Shown: positions 1-14,337 of the stretch, in pieces | Layout of the letters: the number at the start of each line of letters is the position of its first letter | How positions within the stretch are numbered: the stretch's first letter is position 1 | Assembly: GCA_951406725.2 (NCBI GenBank) | Contig: OX597837.1 | Span: 27,342,001-27,406,000, forward strand | Source of the DNA: Octopus vulgaris | Taxonomy: Eukaryota | DNA length: 64,000 bases | Direction of reading: 5' to 3' | The notes under the pieces: model-generated | Database searches by the model: none | The model's input: the letters and a program-made list of their open reading frames with translations, nothing else | What the model was told of the DNA's origin: nothing | Position numbers and translations under genes: made by a program

Positions 1-256
1 ATAAGATACCTTCCAGGGGCGATTGGGTTATTTCCCTTGGATTTTAATATAAAATATATTAGATATATATATAAATATCCCTTCTAGGGGCCCTATTATC
101 GACTTTTTTCAAGAATCTGAGTATGCCATGAGGTTTCCAGACATGAGTTCTACTCACGTGTCAAGTTTCATCAAAATCGATAAAACGATGTTGGAGGAGT
201 TAACTAACAACTCCACAAATACACCCACAGACAGAATTTCCCACGTATGTAGTAGA
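1..256 (-). mobile_element. Probable non-autonomous Helitron 5' portion, truncated by window edge
   Basis: Minus strand starts TCTACTACATAC after an A. Contains AAGTTTCATCAAAATCG and ACAGACAGA motifs often seen in invertebrate Helitron-derived repeats. The 3' end is not visible. Confidence 0.4.
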
Positions 257-435
257 TATCTCTCCACTGCCTTGGATTTTGTTGTCTCATTTTATTTAAC
301 ACACACACCTATATATATGTAATGTACACACACACACACACACACATTCAGCTGTATCAGCGACAAGCAGTGTTTAAGTATGAGCGAACTTTAGGTTATT
401 TAAAATATGTCTGTGACATATTTCAAACTTCTAAA

Positions 436-800
436 GGAGTGGCTGTGTGGTAAGTAGCTTGCTTACCAACCACATGTTGGGCAAGTGTCTTCTACTATAG
501 CCTCGGGCCGACCAAAGCCTTGTGAGTGGATTTGGTTGACGGAAACTGAAAGAAGCCCGTCGTATATATGTATGTATATATATGCGTGTGTGTGTTTGTG
601 TGTCTGTGTTTGTCCCCCTAGCATTGCTTGACAACCGATGCTGGTGTCCCCGTAACTTAGCGGTTCGGCAAAAGAGACCAATAGAATAAGTACAAGGCTT
701 ACAAAAAATAAGTCCCGGGGTCGATTTACTCGACTAAAGGCGGTGCTCCAGCATGGCCGCAGTCAACTGACTGAAACAAGTAAAAGAGTAAAGAAAGAGT
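436..800 (+). mobile_element. tRNA-derived SINE family A (CORE-like), with B-box deletion
   Basis: Head GGAGTGGCTGTGTGGTAAG, CORE-like TTGGGCAAGTG, internal TA/TG tract and (GAGTAAAA)n tail; about 20 related copies in the window. Confidence 0.9.
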
Positions 801-894
801 CAATTAACTGCAGTTACCACAGAGGAAAAAAAATTCTCTCTTGTGGTAAAAAGGTGTAAAAACACCATATCTGCCTAGTGCTGCCCCCTATCTC

Positions 895-942
<48 letters not shown>

Positions 943-1065
943 TATGTGTGTTTGTGTGTGTGTGTAAAATGTATTCATGTTTATGCATGTAATGTTTGTA
1001 TATATGCTTTCATGCCTGTATATACCAGTATATATATATATGTGAGTGTGTGTGTGTGTGTGTGT

Positions 1066-1164
<99 letters not shown>

Positions 1165-1900
1165 TAGGCATGCATGCCTATGCCTGTGTGTGTCTAAATA
1201 ATAATACAATATTATCGATTTATTGATCTTCCTACCGAGTTGGTTGATTGCCAAACATGTCCCAAACATTACCTTATTTGGCTCCGTCCGATGTCCCAAT
1301 TGTTCTAATGTTCTTTTATCACGATCAAATACTATTTTTTGAATACCTCCTTTCTTTCGTCCTTCCCTCCTTCGCCACCCCTACCGCCTTTTTTTTTTTT
1401 TTTTTTTTTACCCCTGCCTCTTTCCTCCAGTTCCAGTTTTCAGCTATTTTCTTCTTAATTTCATATTCTGCTGCTGCATTCACTTCCAAACTGCTGCACA
1501 ATTTAATGTAACTCAACATGAATTCCGTATAAAACCTGACAAGCAACATGGTAAATATATTTTGTTCTGGCGACAGCAAAATTAGTTTTTCATTTCGGTA
1601 AAATATCAAATTTCATGTTACTTTTTAAAAAAAAAAAAATTTTTTTTTTTTTGAAAGGATAACGACTTAATTTGCATTTGACCCGGACTTGTGATGATGT
1701 CGAATCCGGGTTGCGTTTGCAAAGGTTTTGAAGCACACATTTCAAATATCAAATCGCAAACCATTAACTTCAAATGAATCTGATTTAATCCCAAGATAAG
1801 ATACGCTTTCAAGAGCATGAGATATCGCATAATCTGCATCAAAAATTTTCTTTAGATTAGTTGTCATGTGAGCGATAATACCGAATAAATTTAGTTATTA

Positions 1901-2285
1901 CTAGCAGTATCGCCCGGCGTTGCTCGGGTTTCTAAGGGAAATAACTATATAAGCATTTTTAGAGAGTTATAGCCAAAAAATAGAAAAAAATGCATTAAAA
2001 TGGAAAAAAAATTATGGTAAATTTTTTTTTAAATCGTTGACTCACCGTAGACATTTTTAGAGAGTTACTTCCCTTATATAATAGCGGGAAAATGCATTAA
2101 AATGGGAAAAAATGATGGTAAATTTTTTTTTAAATCGTAGACGCGCGCTAATACTCAGAAGGGCTCGAAATGAATCATGACTATAAGATACCCGGTTTTG
2201 GTTAAACTGCACCGCAAAATGTGGGAGTAGTTAGGAATCTAAATCGTAGGAGACAGACACACAACTTGACTTTTATATATAAAGA
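1901..2285 (-). mobile_element. Non-autonomous Helitron
   Basis: Minus strand begins TCTTTATATATAAAAG and ends with the subterminal hairpin CCCGAGCAACGCCGGG plus CTAG. Inserted between A and T with no TSD; has an internal ~110 bp duplication. Confidence 0.85.
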
Positions 2286-2595
2286 TATTTCAACATTTGG
2301 TTTGCAAATTGTGTGATTCTGTCAGGGTGCATATCGAAAGGAATTCGCTGCATTCAAAAATAATCGATACATGTATATCACAATCAATTACAAAATCGAT
2401 CCTTTTTCCCAATAAAAATATTAAAAAGAGCAGTCATCGATTTTTCCATCCAAGGGTTTTTTTTAAAACTAATATTCTACTCGTTATTATTCATAGCTTT
2501 ATTTCTCTAAATTCTTACAACTTAAACCTTCTTTGCAGTTCTTGTTGGTAAGAAGAAAGCTTCTAATATGAACAAATACAAAACATAATGTTGCT

Positions 2596-2652
2596 TTGGT
2601 GTAATGGTTAGTACGCTTGTCTGTTGACCTAAAGATGTGAGTTCGTGGCTCA
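2596..2652 (+). mobile_element. Degenerate tRNA-derived SINE head
   Basis: A-box TGGTGTAATGG and B-box-like GAGTTCGTGGC; no complete cloverleaf. Confidence 0.4.
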
Positions 2653-3204
2653 TCGGCAACCTTCTACTTTTTTTTTTCACCCAAGCCTATTTTTTAAATC
2701 CAATATTCTATATGCTATTATTTTTTGTTTTACTGGATCCTTTCGGTTTGAACGGCAGTTTTTTCTTGCGGTGTCATATGAAATTGTCACCCATAATTAT
2801 GACCCTAATGTCAATCTACTGCATTTCAATCTGTTTTAGGGTTTAATCCATTTGTGGCAGAGTGAAGATTTGTAAAATATTCCAAGGATTCTACATCTAA
2901 GTTTCCTTGAATATACATACAGCAGAGTAATAAAACACTAGTAATCTGATGGACTAAAAGGATATGTACATCCGTTACATAAGTACGAGTATATCTACAA
3001 AAAAAATCCACAACCACACACACATACAAAAACACATACACAGATACACACAAACATGCACACACATACACACACACACGCACAAACACATAAGAATATG
3101 TATATATACACAAAAAACCACATATTCACAAACGTCTGGAACTTTGTAAGTGATAGGCCGTATATCTGCGAAGATTATTAAATAAATCACAAAGAAAAAC
3201 ATGC

Positions 3205-4258
<1,054 letters not shown>

Positions 4259-4299
4259 TTGTAATAGAAATTTCCAATAATACAGATTACCATTTGATA

Positions 4300-4631
4300 T
4301 TATTAATTATTGATAATTTTTGGGATAATTTTCAAAATGAAAAGGCCGACATACTTATTTACCGCCGACAGGGAGCTGCGGGGCATATACTGGATTGGCT
4401 CGTGTATATATATTTAATCTAAGGTGTACCCGCTGAAGAAGGCTTCGCCTAGCAACTTATTTTATTTGCTAAAAAAAAGTCTGAAACCATTGGTCCAGGA
4501 GTTAGATGGTAAATGTTTTTATTTTTCATTTCCTTCGATGCATTATCTCTAATAGTGGTTCGGAATTTAACTGTCCTCTCTAGTGTGCAGGTAGTCCTAT
4601 GATGGCTACCTCTTATGTGTTTAAATGTACA

Positions 4632-4634
<3 letters not shown>
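4300..4634 (+). mobile_element. Probable Penelope-like element tail
   Basis: Carries a canonical hammerhead core and ends directly in (TA)n; left boundary uncertain. Confidence 0.55.
4429..4499 (+). ncRNA. Type I hammerhead ribozyme motif, canonical core
   Basis: CCCG-CTGAAGA-AGGCTT...AAGTCT-GAAA-CC-ATT-GG-TC-CAGG. GUC site at 4493-4495; TAGCAA/TTGCTA hairpin in loop II; one mismatch in stem I. Confidence 0.7.
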
Positions 4635-4692
<58 letters not shown>

Positions 4693-4713
4693 TAGATAGA
4701 TATAGATAGATAT

Positions 4714-4925
4714 GGAAAATAAAACAAGGTAGAAAATGCTAAAATAATTTTATCATGAAGAACATTTTAGTACCGGTTTCAGACTTTGCGACTTTTTCAA
4801 CTTAGACTAAAGCATTGTTTTTCATGCTTTACTCTAAGTTGAATAAATCGCAAAGCCTGATACCGGTACTAAAATGTTCTTCATGATAAAATTATTTTAG
4901 CATTTTCTGCCTTGTCTTATTTTCC
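4714..4925. repeat. Long inverted repeat (~102 bp arms, 8 nt loop), probable inverted Penelope pseudo-LTR pair
   Basis: Arms 4714-4815 and 4824-4925 are near-perfect reverse complements; each carries a decayed hammerhead-like end (GAAACCGGTA / GATACCGGTA). Confidence 0.85.
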
Positions 4926-4986
4926 CTAGAAAATATCAACTCGTGTGTTCTTTTTCAGCCTTCTACATATGTGTGTGTGTCTGAGT

Positions 4987-5070
<84 letters not shown>

Positions 5071-5559
5071 ACATGTATGTATATTATGTATGTACATATG
5101 TATATGTGTGTATACATACACATACGTACATACGTACATATAATACGCGTACGTATTCAATTAGGCTCACACATACGCATGCACATACATGCAAATATTC
5201 ACGAACACACAGACCCACATACCCTACGTGCACACATTACACATACAAATAGATGCATTCACATGCACGCACATAGAGTCACCGATATATCAAAGGCGTC
5301 CAATTCCTCCATATCAAATCCATGTCAGATAAATGCTACCGGAAGCATGAAATTGCTCGACCGGAAATACGTGGCTACCATTGATCATTCATTGACAGAA
5401 ATGTACTCCTGGAATCTGGAGTAGAATAAAATATATCACGTGACGCGCACGCACGCACGGGCGCGCGCACGCACACATTGACATACAGATTACGAGAAAA
5501 TTATACTTGGAAGACGTTTTCATTATTAGTAATTATATATTATACATGCGTATATAAGA

Positions 5560-5905
<346 letters not shown>

Positions 5906-5947
5906 TGTATGAATGCATGCATGCATGTATGTATGTGTGTATATATG

Positions 5948-5981
<34 letters not shown>

Positions 5982-6194
5982 TGTATATTTGCTTCAGCTC
6001 AATGCTGTGACCATGCTGGAGCACCGCTGTTGCACACACACACACACACATATCAAAGTGGGAAATTGGAAACGAATTTGCTATTATCTATTCACCATTA
6101 CACATGTTTCATTTGCTAATAGGAGTTACAAAAATGTACAAGTAGAAGAAGCATGTAAGACATCTCTCACTCAAGAAGATAGCTTCGATTATAA

Positions 6195-6260
<66 letters not shown>

Positions 6261-6329
6261 ATATCTATCTATCTATCTATCTATCTACCTACCTACCTAC
6301 CTACCTACCTACCTACCTATCTATCTATA

Positions 6330-6369
<40 letters not shown>

Positions 6370-6373
6370 AAAT

Positions 6374-6407
<34 letters not shown>

Positions 6408-6765
6408 ACTGTCTGTCTGTCTCGCTGGTATATTAAAGGCACACAAAACGCAACGCACACACACACTCGATAATGACGATGGCTGTCGACTTGTTAACCA
6501 AGTACGTCTTTTCTCAATACCAGCACAGAGAGTACATACACACAGGCACAAAACTTGTTAAAAACCAACACACAAACTCACAGGTGATACAGAGCTGAAT
6601 AATTAACAGTCTTAAAATGACAAGAAGATGGTTAGAGATAGTCTACGTACTATGGTGACTGGAAACGACTCTTTAGTCCAGCAAGAGATTTACAAGTTTT
6701 TGGGGTTTTTTTTATCACAGGCAACATGAAAACAAAACGCTTGATTTATTTGTGAGAACAGGTGC

Positions 6766-6836
<71 letters not shown>

Positions 6837-6849
6837 GAGTTTCGTTTGG

Positions 6850-7075
6850 TATCCCAGAGTCTTGTACACGAAGAAGGATGGATGCTAACTTTCAATGATC
6901 TCAAAAAATACTCTTTTAGTCCAGCGAGAGATTTACATATTTTTCTACACAGACGACATGAAAACGCTTGATGACGTCGAGTAAAGTGCTGCAGAACACA
7001 CGCACACACAGACGACCTCCGTTCGGCACTTCAGGTTTCGTACAAGAAGAAGGGGATATGCCTAATTCCAACGAC
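6850..7075 (-). mobile_element. RTE-type LINE 3' remnant with C2H2-like finger
   Basis: FSCRLCRKICKSLAGLK motif, related to 54165-54410; a decayed second copy lies at ~6660-6745. Confidence 0.5.
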
Positions 7076-7077
7076 AA

Positions 7078-7491
7078 GGCGGCGAGCTGGCAGAATCGTT
7101 AGCATGCCGGGCGAAATGCTTAGCGGTATTTCGTTTGCCGCTACGTTCTGAGTTCAAGTTCCGTCGAGGTCGACTTTGTCTTTCATCCTTTCGGGGTCGA
7201 TTAAATAAGTACCAGTTACGCACCGGGGTCGATGTAATCGACTTAATACCTATGTCTGTCCTTGTTTGTTCCCTCTGTATTTAGCCCCCTGTGAGTAATA
7301 AAGAAATAGGTATTTCGTTTGCTGCTACGTTCCGAGTTCAATTTCCGCCGAGGTCGACTTTGCCTTTCATCCTTTCGGGGTCGATTAAATAACTACCAGT
7401 TACGCACTGGGGTTGATGTAATCGACTTAATCCGTTTGTCTGTCCTTGTTTGTCCCCTCTATGTTTAGCCCCTTGTGGGTAGTAAAGAAAT
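7078..7491 (+). mobile_element. SINE family C (Meta/MESC-like central domain) with duplicated 3' half
   Basis: Head GGCGGCGAGCTGGCAGAATCG, B-box GAGTTCAA and GCCTTTCATCCTTTCGGGGTCGAT..AAGTACCAGTT domain; body repeated twice. Confidence 0.85.
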
Positions 7492-7827
7492 AGCCAAATT
7501 CCAACGACCAAGAACAAGTTTATCTTGTCTGCTTTTTTTTTTTCTGTCTCGACCAAATAGAAAATTTCTTAGTTCACTCCATCGATGACGTAGAGCATCA
7601 GCAGCAGATGCAGCAGCACTGAAAAAAATATTCCAACAGCCAGAAAAGGGAGTCGAGTACCAACCCAGACCCTCCAGGAGAAACTCCATGTTCATTAGAA
7701 TCGCATAAATTCCTTAATTACATCAATTATTTACGCAATTAAGTTCACTGGTCGATTTAACCGACGATAAATCCAGTTATGGCTCTGAAGGCTTTGCTTG
7801 AAAACTTATAATCAATATTAGACATCA

Positions 7828-8550
<723 letters not shown>

Positions 8551-8842
8551 CTGCCTCTGGCCGACGTATTGCAGCTAACTGTGGAGTATGAATGGACTGG
8601 GTGACCTTTTCACGTGCCAAAGGACGATAGAACACCAGAGTGGTGGTGGTGGCGGCGGTGGTTGTGGTGGTGGGGAGAGACCGTAGCATTTACAAACAGC
8701 GGTTTTGTAATAAGCAACACTTGTGCACATTGCACAGCATAAAGCACCGACCCAAGCTCTTTTTTGCTACAAGTCACATGGACATCATTGTATTGTCAGC
8801 AGGAATACCATTGTCCTCGTTAGCCGTATCACCATCATCACG

Positions 8843-9290
8843 CTGCCGCCGTCACCGCCGCCGTCACCGCCGCCGTCACCGCCGCCGTCACCGCCGCCGT
8901 CACCGCCGCCGTCACCGCCGCCGTCACCGCCGCCGCCACCGTCACCACAGTGGCCGCCACTTCCTCGATCGTTGCAGCCACCATTACCGTCGTCGCCGCT
9001 ACCGCCGCCCCCGTCGTCATCGTCATGATCCTCCGCCTCCTCGTCGTCCTCCTCCCCGTCCTCCTCCTCCTCCTCGTCCTCCTCCTCGTCCTCCTCCCCG
9101 TCCTCCTCCTCCCCGTCCTCCTCCTCCCCGTCCTCCTCCTCCCCGTCCACCTCCTCCCCGTCCTCCTCCTCGTCCTCCCTGTCCTCCTCCCCGTCCCCCT
9201 CCTCCTCGTCCTACCCGTCCTCCTCCTCGTCCTCCTCGTCCTCCCCTCGTCTTCCTCCTCCTCCTCCTCCTCCTCATCATCATCATCCAC
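8843..9290. repeat. GC-rich (CCGCCGTCA)n and (CCTCCTCCCCGT)n-type minisatellites
   Basis: Direct reading. Confidence 0.9.
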
Positions 9291-9414
9291 AATAAGAACA
9301 ACAGCAGCAAAAATAAATCATTAAACAGAAACTTACACTGAATGTTTGATATTTTGTATGATGCACCGCTCTCCCCCCTCTCTCTCCGTCTCTCTAGAAG
9401 TGTGTGTATGCGTG

Positions 9415-9463
<49 letters not shown>

Positions 9464-9529
9464 ACAATTTAATAAATAAAACGTATGCATATATACATAC
9501 ATATATGTACATACCTACATCTATATGTA

Positions 9530-9595
<66 letters not shown>

Positions 9596-9599
<4 letters not shown>

Positions 9600-9775
9600 T
9601 ACAGGACACCACAAATAAACGTAGAACACAACGAGAAACGAAAACATAAAATCAAACAAGGAAACGGACTTTTTTTTAGCAACGAAAAAACAGAGTACAG
9701 GACAAACAACACAAGGAACATTCCCCTTCTTCAGCTGGCCCTGTTTCGACTCAATGCGTGTTTCGAAGGTAATAC
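9596..9775 (-). mobile_element. Possible Penelope-like tail, 5'-truncated within a hammerhead motif
   Basis: 3' end abuts (TA)n; the minus-strand 5' end reads CTTC-GAAA-CACGCA-TT with no CTGANGA box upstream. Confidence 0.35.
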
Positions 9776-9813
9776 ACATACATGTGTATTATGTATGTAT
9801 GCACTTACGTATG

Positions 9814-9898
<85 letters not shown>

Positions 9899-9901
9899 TA
9901 T

Positions 9902-10325
9902 TGACCATGAGATAGAGAATAGGAAGCCGGACATAGTCTTAATTGAGAAAGAAAACAAACTATGATGGATCATAGATATAGGATGTCCAGCTGACAACAA
10001 GGTATGCGATAAGGAAGAAAGAAAAGTCGAGAGATATGACAGGTTAGCTTGGGAAGTTAAGCAGTTGTGGTCGATGAAAAAGGTAGCAGTAGTACCAATA
10101 ATTGTCGGAGCCCTGGGAACAGTGAGCAAAAATCTCGAGAAGTACGTGGAACAAATAGGGGCTGCAATAAGGATGGAGCACATGCAGAAAACAGCACTGC
10201 TCGGAACCGCTCGAATACTCCGGAAGGTGCTCGAAAAATAAGAGGTGTTACCTTACTTTACTGATAGGGAACAGCTGACACTATAATACATCTCCAGCGT
10301 TAGAAGCTGTGCAAAGTCCACAATG
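9902..10325 (+). mobile_element. R4/Dong-type non-LTR retrotransposon 3' end (RLE domain), inactivated
   Basis: RKPDIVLI..*WIIDIGCPAD..KEERKVERY..W..VPIIVGALGTV..KTALLGTARILRKVL; in-frame stop; followed by (TAA)n. Confidence 0.9.
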
Positions 10326-10366
<41 letters not shown>

Positions 10367-10368
<2 letters not shown>

Positions 10369-11905
10369 GTACCTAGGGGTAATTGAAGGGGACGGAATAA
10401 GGCATTCAGAGATGAAGGAAAGGATCAAGAGAGAATGTTATGGAAGAGTGAGAGCAATACTCAAGACAGAGCTGAATGCAAGAAACAGGATCGAAGCGAT
10501 CAATGCATTAGCCATACCAGTCGTGACTTACAGTTTCAATATTGTTAACTGGTCAATTACTGAAATATGTCAGCTTGACAGAAAAATACGAAAACTGTTG
10601 ACAATGCATAGAATGCACCACCCTAAGGCAGATACAGAACGACTTTATCTGCCAAGAAAAGAGGGAGGCCGTGGTCTTTTACAACTGGCAATAACAATGA
10701 AGATTGCTACAATTGGCCTAGACACCTGCCTGAAAAAGTCTGAGGACTGGATGTTAAAACTTGTCTCAAAGCATGAAAACAAGAAAGCATCATACTCAGT
10801 AACAAAACAGGCAAAGGAATATCTAAGTGAATTCCGAATACAATAAATTTCGGAATTAGAGATAGTCATACAAGAAACAAGCACAGAAAAAGCTAAGCGC
10901 ATGAAAACCCGTGCCAAAACTGCGGCCTTAGATATTCTGAATAATAAATGGCAAGAAAAACCTCTCTATGGCAAAAACCCAAAGAGAGCGAATAATGCAG
11001 ATATTGACAAAGCCCTGACCCATCAATGGCTAATGGCCTCTGGCTTAAAATCTGAAACAGAAGGGTTTATCATAGCAGCTCAAGATCAATGCCTACCGAC
11101 AAGAAACTACCAGGCCAACATATTAAAGAACGGCAGTAGCCCAACATGTCGTGTATGTCGACAACAAAATGAAACCATTGATCATGTTGTCTCCAAGTGC
11201 AGTCTTCTAGCGCTTACAGAGTACCTCAACATGCATGATAGAGCTACACAATATATTCACTGGGTAATTTGCAAAAACCTGGATTTGCCCCATAAAAAAA
11301 ACTGGTGGGAACACAATCCACCTCCAGTACTTGAAAATGACCACATCTCACTCCTCTAGAACTTCACCATTCAAACTGACAGAAAGATAGATGCAAACAA
11401 GCCAGACATGATATTGAAAGACTTCAGACAAAGAACATGCCTCCTCATTGATATGACTGTCCCAATCGATATAAACGTATCTGTCAAGACCTACCAAAAA
11501 CTGAATAAATATAAAGATCTTGAAATAGAAATCAGCAAAATGTGGAACCCGAAGACTAAAACAATACCTGTTGTCATAGGTGCCCTGGGAATGATAGCGA
11601 AAGGGGCTGATTGCTACCTAACTCAGATACTAGGAAACCCCAAAATGGCAGAAATTCAAAGGATAGTGCTCATGAGAACTGCTCATATCCTACGCAAAAT
11701 ACTCTCTATGTAATCTCAAGGTTTAAAACAAACTTTTTAAAAAAAAATTTATTTATTAGACATTCACTAGTACAACACAACCCCCCCCCAAATATATGGC
11801 ACACTAGGCATAACAACAACGGGAACTTCCAACCTGTTGTCTCTTGAGGTCTCTGAGTGAGATTTGGAGCCAACTTGTACAAACATAAAGCAAAAGTCAA
11901 ACATA

Positions 11906-11906
<1 letters not shown>
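10367..11906 (+). mobile_element. R4/Dong-type non-LTR retrotransposon, 5'-truncated (RT C-terminus, CCHC finger, RLE)
   Basis: KYLG, RLYLPRKEGGRGL, ETEGFIIAAQDQ, CRVC..ETIDHVVSKC, KPDM..LLIDMTVP..KYKDL..IPVVIGALG. Two in-frame stops; (TAA)n on both sides. Confidence 0.93.
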
Positions 11907-11958
<52 letters not shown>

Positions 11959-12060
11959 GCCCTGATGCAGTACCAAGAAGTGGCTCTCATGGCTGCTGAT
12001 CTTAACTGAGGGGAAGTGTTATCATGTACATTGTTTCGTCTTGGTATAAAAGATGGGCTA
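11959..12060 (+). mobile_element. Fragment of a TAA-associated repeat (probably the upstream part of the 30748-31207 element)
   Basis: Starts right after (TAA)n; its last bases TGGGCTA equal the first bases of 30748-31207. Confidence 0.5.
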
Positions 12061-12084
12061 ACTGGGGCGGGGGAGGGGGAAATA

Positions 12085-12395
12085 ACAGCATGACGGCCCA
12101 AACTCAAGATCTTTATGTATGAATTACCTATTGAGATCCAAACTGCAAAATTGATGCAGCACAGTATGATGCCCAGCATCCCACCCACAAAGAACAGTCA
12201 CAGGATGGATCGAAAGAATTGCCGCACAAAATAAAGAGTTATGCCAATTCCATCTGTTTACCTAATCGATTATTATCTCAACTAACACTGCGGAATTCCT
12301 GAAGTAGATCCAGCGGAAATATGCCCCAAACTGCGGATGACACCAGGTAGCCTAAACTGTGCCAGTGCTTTACTCAACACAGCAGCTCAGTAATT
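12085..12395 (+). mobile_element. Highly decayed LINE C-terminal remnant (I/Ingi/Jockey-like)
   Basis: Fragmentary ELPI, HP.H, LSQL and DP..ICP..TP..NC motifs spread across frames. Confidence 0.25.
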
Positions 12396-12437
12396 GACAT
12401 ATATACAGATCAGTTCAAAATATTACACACACACACA

Positions 12438-12498
<61 letters not shown>

Positions 12499-12511
12499 TC
12501 TTCTCTTCTTT

Positions 12512-12798
12512 CCGACCAGACGATCAGATGTTGTTACACATCGCTGGTCACAATGCGTTCGCATTGTTTTAGCCTTCGAATGACGCCACCCCGCTGGCTA
12601 AGCGAGCAGGCCAACAGAAGTAAGAGTGAGAGAAAGTTGTGGTGAAAGAGTACAGCAGGGATCACCACTCCCTGCCGGAGCCTCGTGGAGCTTTTAGGTG
12701 TTTTCGCTCAATAAACACACACAACGCCCGGTCTGGGAATCGAAACCGCGATCCTGCGACCGCGAGTCCGCTGCCCTAACCACTAGGCCATTGCGCCT

Positions 12799-12802
<4 letters not shown>
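12512..12802 (-). mobile_element. tRNA-derived SINE family B, subtype B2
   Basis: Head GTGGAGGCGCAATGGCCTAGTGGTTAGGGC..GGTTTCGATTCCC; B2 tail ending near (TA)n. Confidence 0.9.
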
Positions 12803-12841
<39 letters not shown>

Positions 12842-12923
12842 CATACATACATACATACATACATACATACATACATACATACATGCATGCATGCATACAT
12901 ACATACATACATACATACATACA

Positions 12924-12956
<33 letters not shown>

Positions 12957-12964
12957 GTATATAT

Positions 12965-13246
12965 GTGGAGGCGCAATGGCCCAGTGGTTCGGGCAGCGGA
13001 TCGCGGTTGTAGGATCACGATTTCGATTCCCAGACCGGGCGTTGTGAGTGTAAAACACCTAAAGCTCTACGAGGCTCCGGCAGATGTACTCTTTCGACAC
13101 AACCTTCTCTCACTCTCTCTTCTGTTGGTTTGCTCGCTTAGCCAGCGAGGTGGCGTCATTTGAAGGGTAAAACAATGCAAAGCGCATTGTGACCAGCGAT
13201 GCGTAGCAACATCTGATAGCTTGGTCGGTCACTGGGATCACGGTGA
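12965..13246 (+). mobile_element. SINE family B2
   Basis: Same head and tail; head-to-head with the previous copy. Confidence 0.9.
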
Positions 13247-13258
13247 TATATATGTGTG

Positions 13259-13313
<55 letters not shown>

Positions 13314-13366
13314 ATGTGTGTGTGTGTGTGTGTGTTTATGTATGTATGAATGTGTGTATGTGTGTA

Positions 13367-13403
<37 letters not shown>

Positions 13404-13613
13404 ATCTTTGGCCAATGTAAATCAGTAGAAAACAAGCATCTACGAAAGAGTCACTAATCTGACGAATGAATTCTCTTTGTGCTATTTCTTCCATCCGAGT
13501 TGTTCAAATATTCCCTTGTCACTTTGAACATCATAACTGTCAAGGAACAGTGATTGGCTGTATCGGAAACAAGCATGATATAAAAACTATAGGAAAACAA
13601 ATATGTAAATATA

Positions 13614-13809
13614 GGCGTAGGAGTGGCTGTGTGATAAGTTTATAGGCGTAGGAGTGGCTGTGTGGTAAGTAGCTTGCTTACGAACCTCATGTTTCCGGGT
13701 TCAGTCCCACTGCGTGACACCTTGGGCAAGTATCTTCTACTATAGCCTCGGGCCGACCAAAGCCTCGCGAGTGGATTTGGTAAATGGAAACTGGGGTCGA
13801 TTTGCTCGA
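13614..13809 (+). mobile_element. SINE family A, rearranged (duplicated head, internal deletion)
   Basis: GGCGTAGGAGTGGCTGTGTG occurs twice; the tail resumes at 14124. Confidence 0.85.
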
Positions 13810-13835
13810 TCAACCACATACACACGCACACGCAT

Positions 13836-13875
<40 letters not shown>

Positions 13876-14124
13876 GCATACATACATATATTACGCCCAT
13901 ACCTACACACATACACACACACACACATACATACATACACAAGACATACATACAGCAAGGAGGTATGTATGTGTGAGTGTATGGGTGTATGTCTGTATGT
14001 ATGTATGTCTTGTGTATGTATGTGTGTGTGTATGTGTGTATGTGTGTAGGTATGGGCGTAATGTATGTATGTATGCGCGTGTGTGTGTGTGTGTATGTAT
14101 GCGTGTACGTGTGTATGTGGTTGA
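13810..14124. repeat. Foldback insertion with ~145 bp microsatellite-rich arms
   Basis: TCAACCACATACAC...GTGTATGTGGTTGA termini; unique landmarks ATTACGCCCATACC/GGTATGGGCGTAAT and CAAGACAT/ATGTCTTG are mirrored. Confidence 0.85.
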
Positions 14125-14337
14125 GTAAAGAGTAAAAGAAGTAACAAGTAATATCTATAAAGGTTTGTCGATCTGCCTCATGGTCCCAACGAACAAAATG
14201 GAAAAGGTATTGTCCAGGAGGATGACAAAGGAGATCCGCTGCAACAACCACTCTGGCCCATGTGGCTCGCACTTGCAGATAGTCCTTTCTCCGCTCCGAT
14301 AGCAGTGAGCAGGGACGTGACCCGGGAATCGAGACTG

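Noticed and set aside
7572-7709. Possible plus-strand exon (RRASAADAAALKKIFQ...RRNSMFIRIA)
   Set aside because: In-frame stop between the best acceptor and the peptide; no recognisable homology.
8640-9341. Arg/His/Pro-rich 233 aa ORF
   Set aside because: Made of GC-rich minisatellites open in several frames; no splice or homology support.
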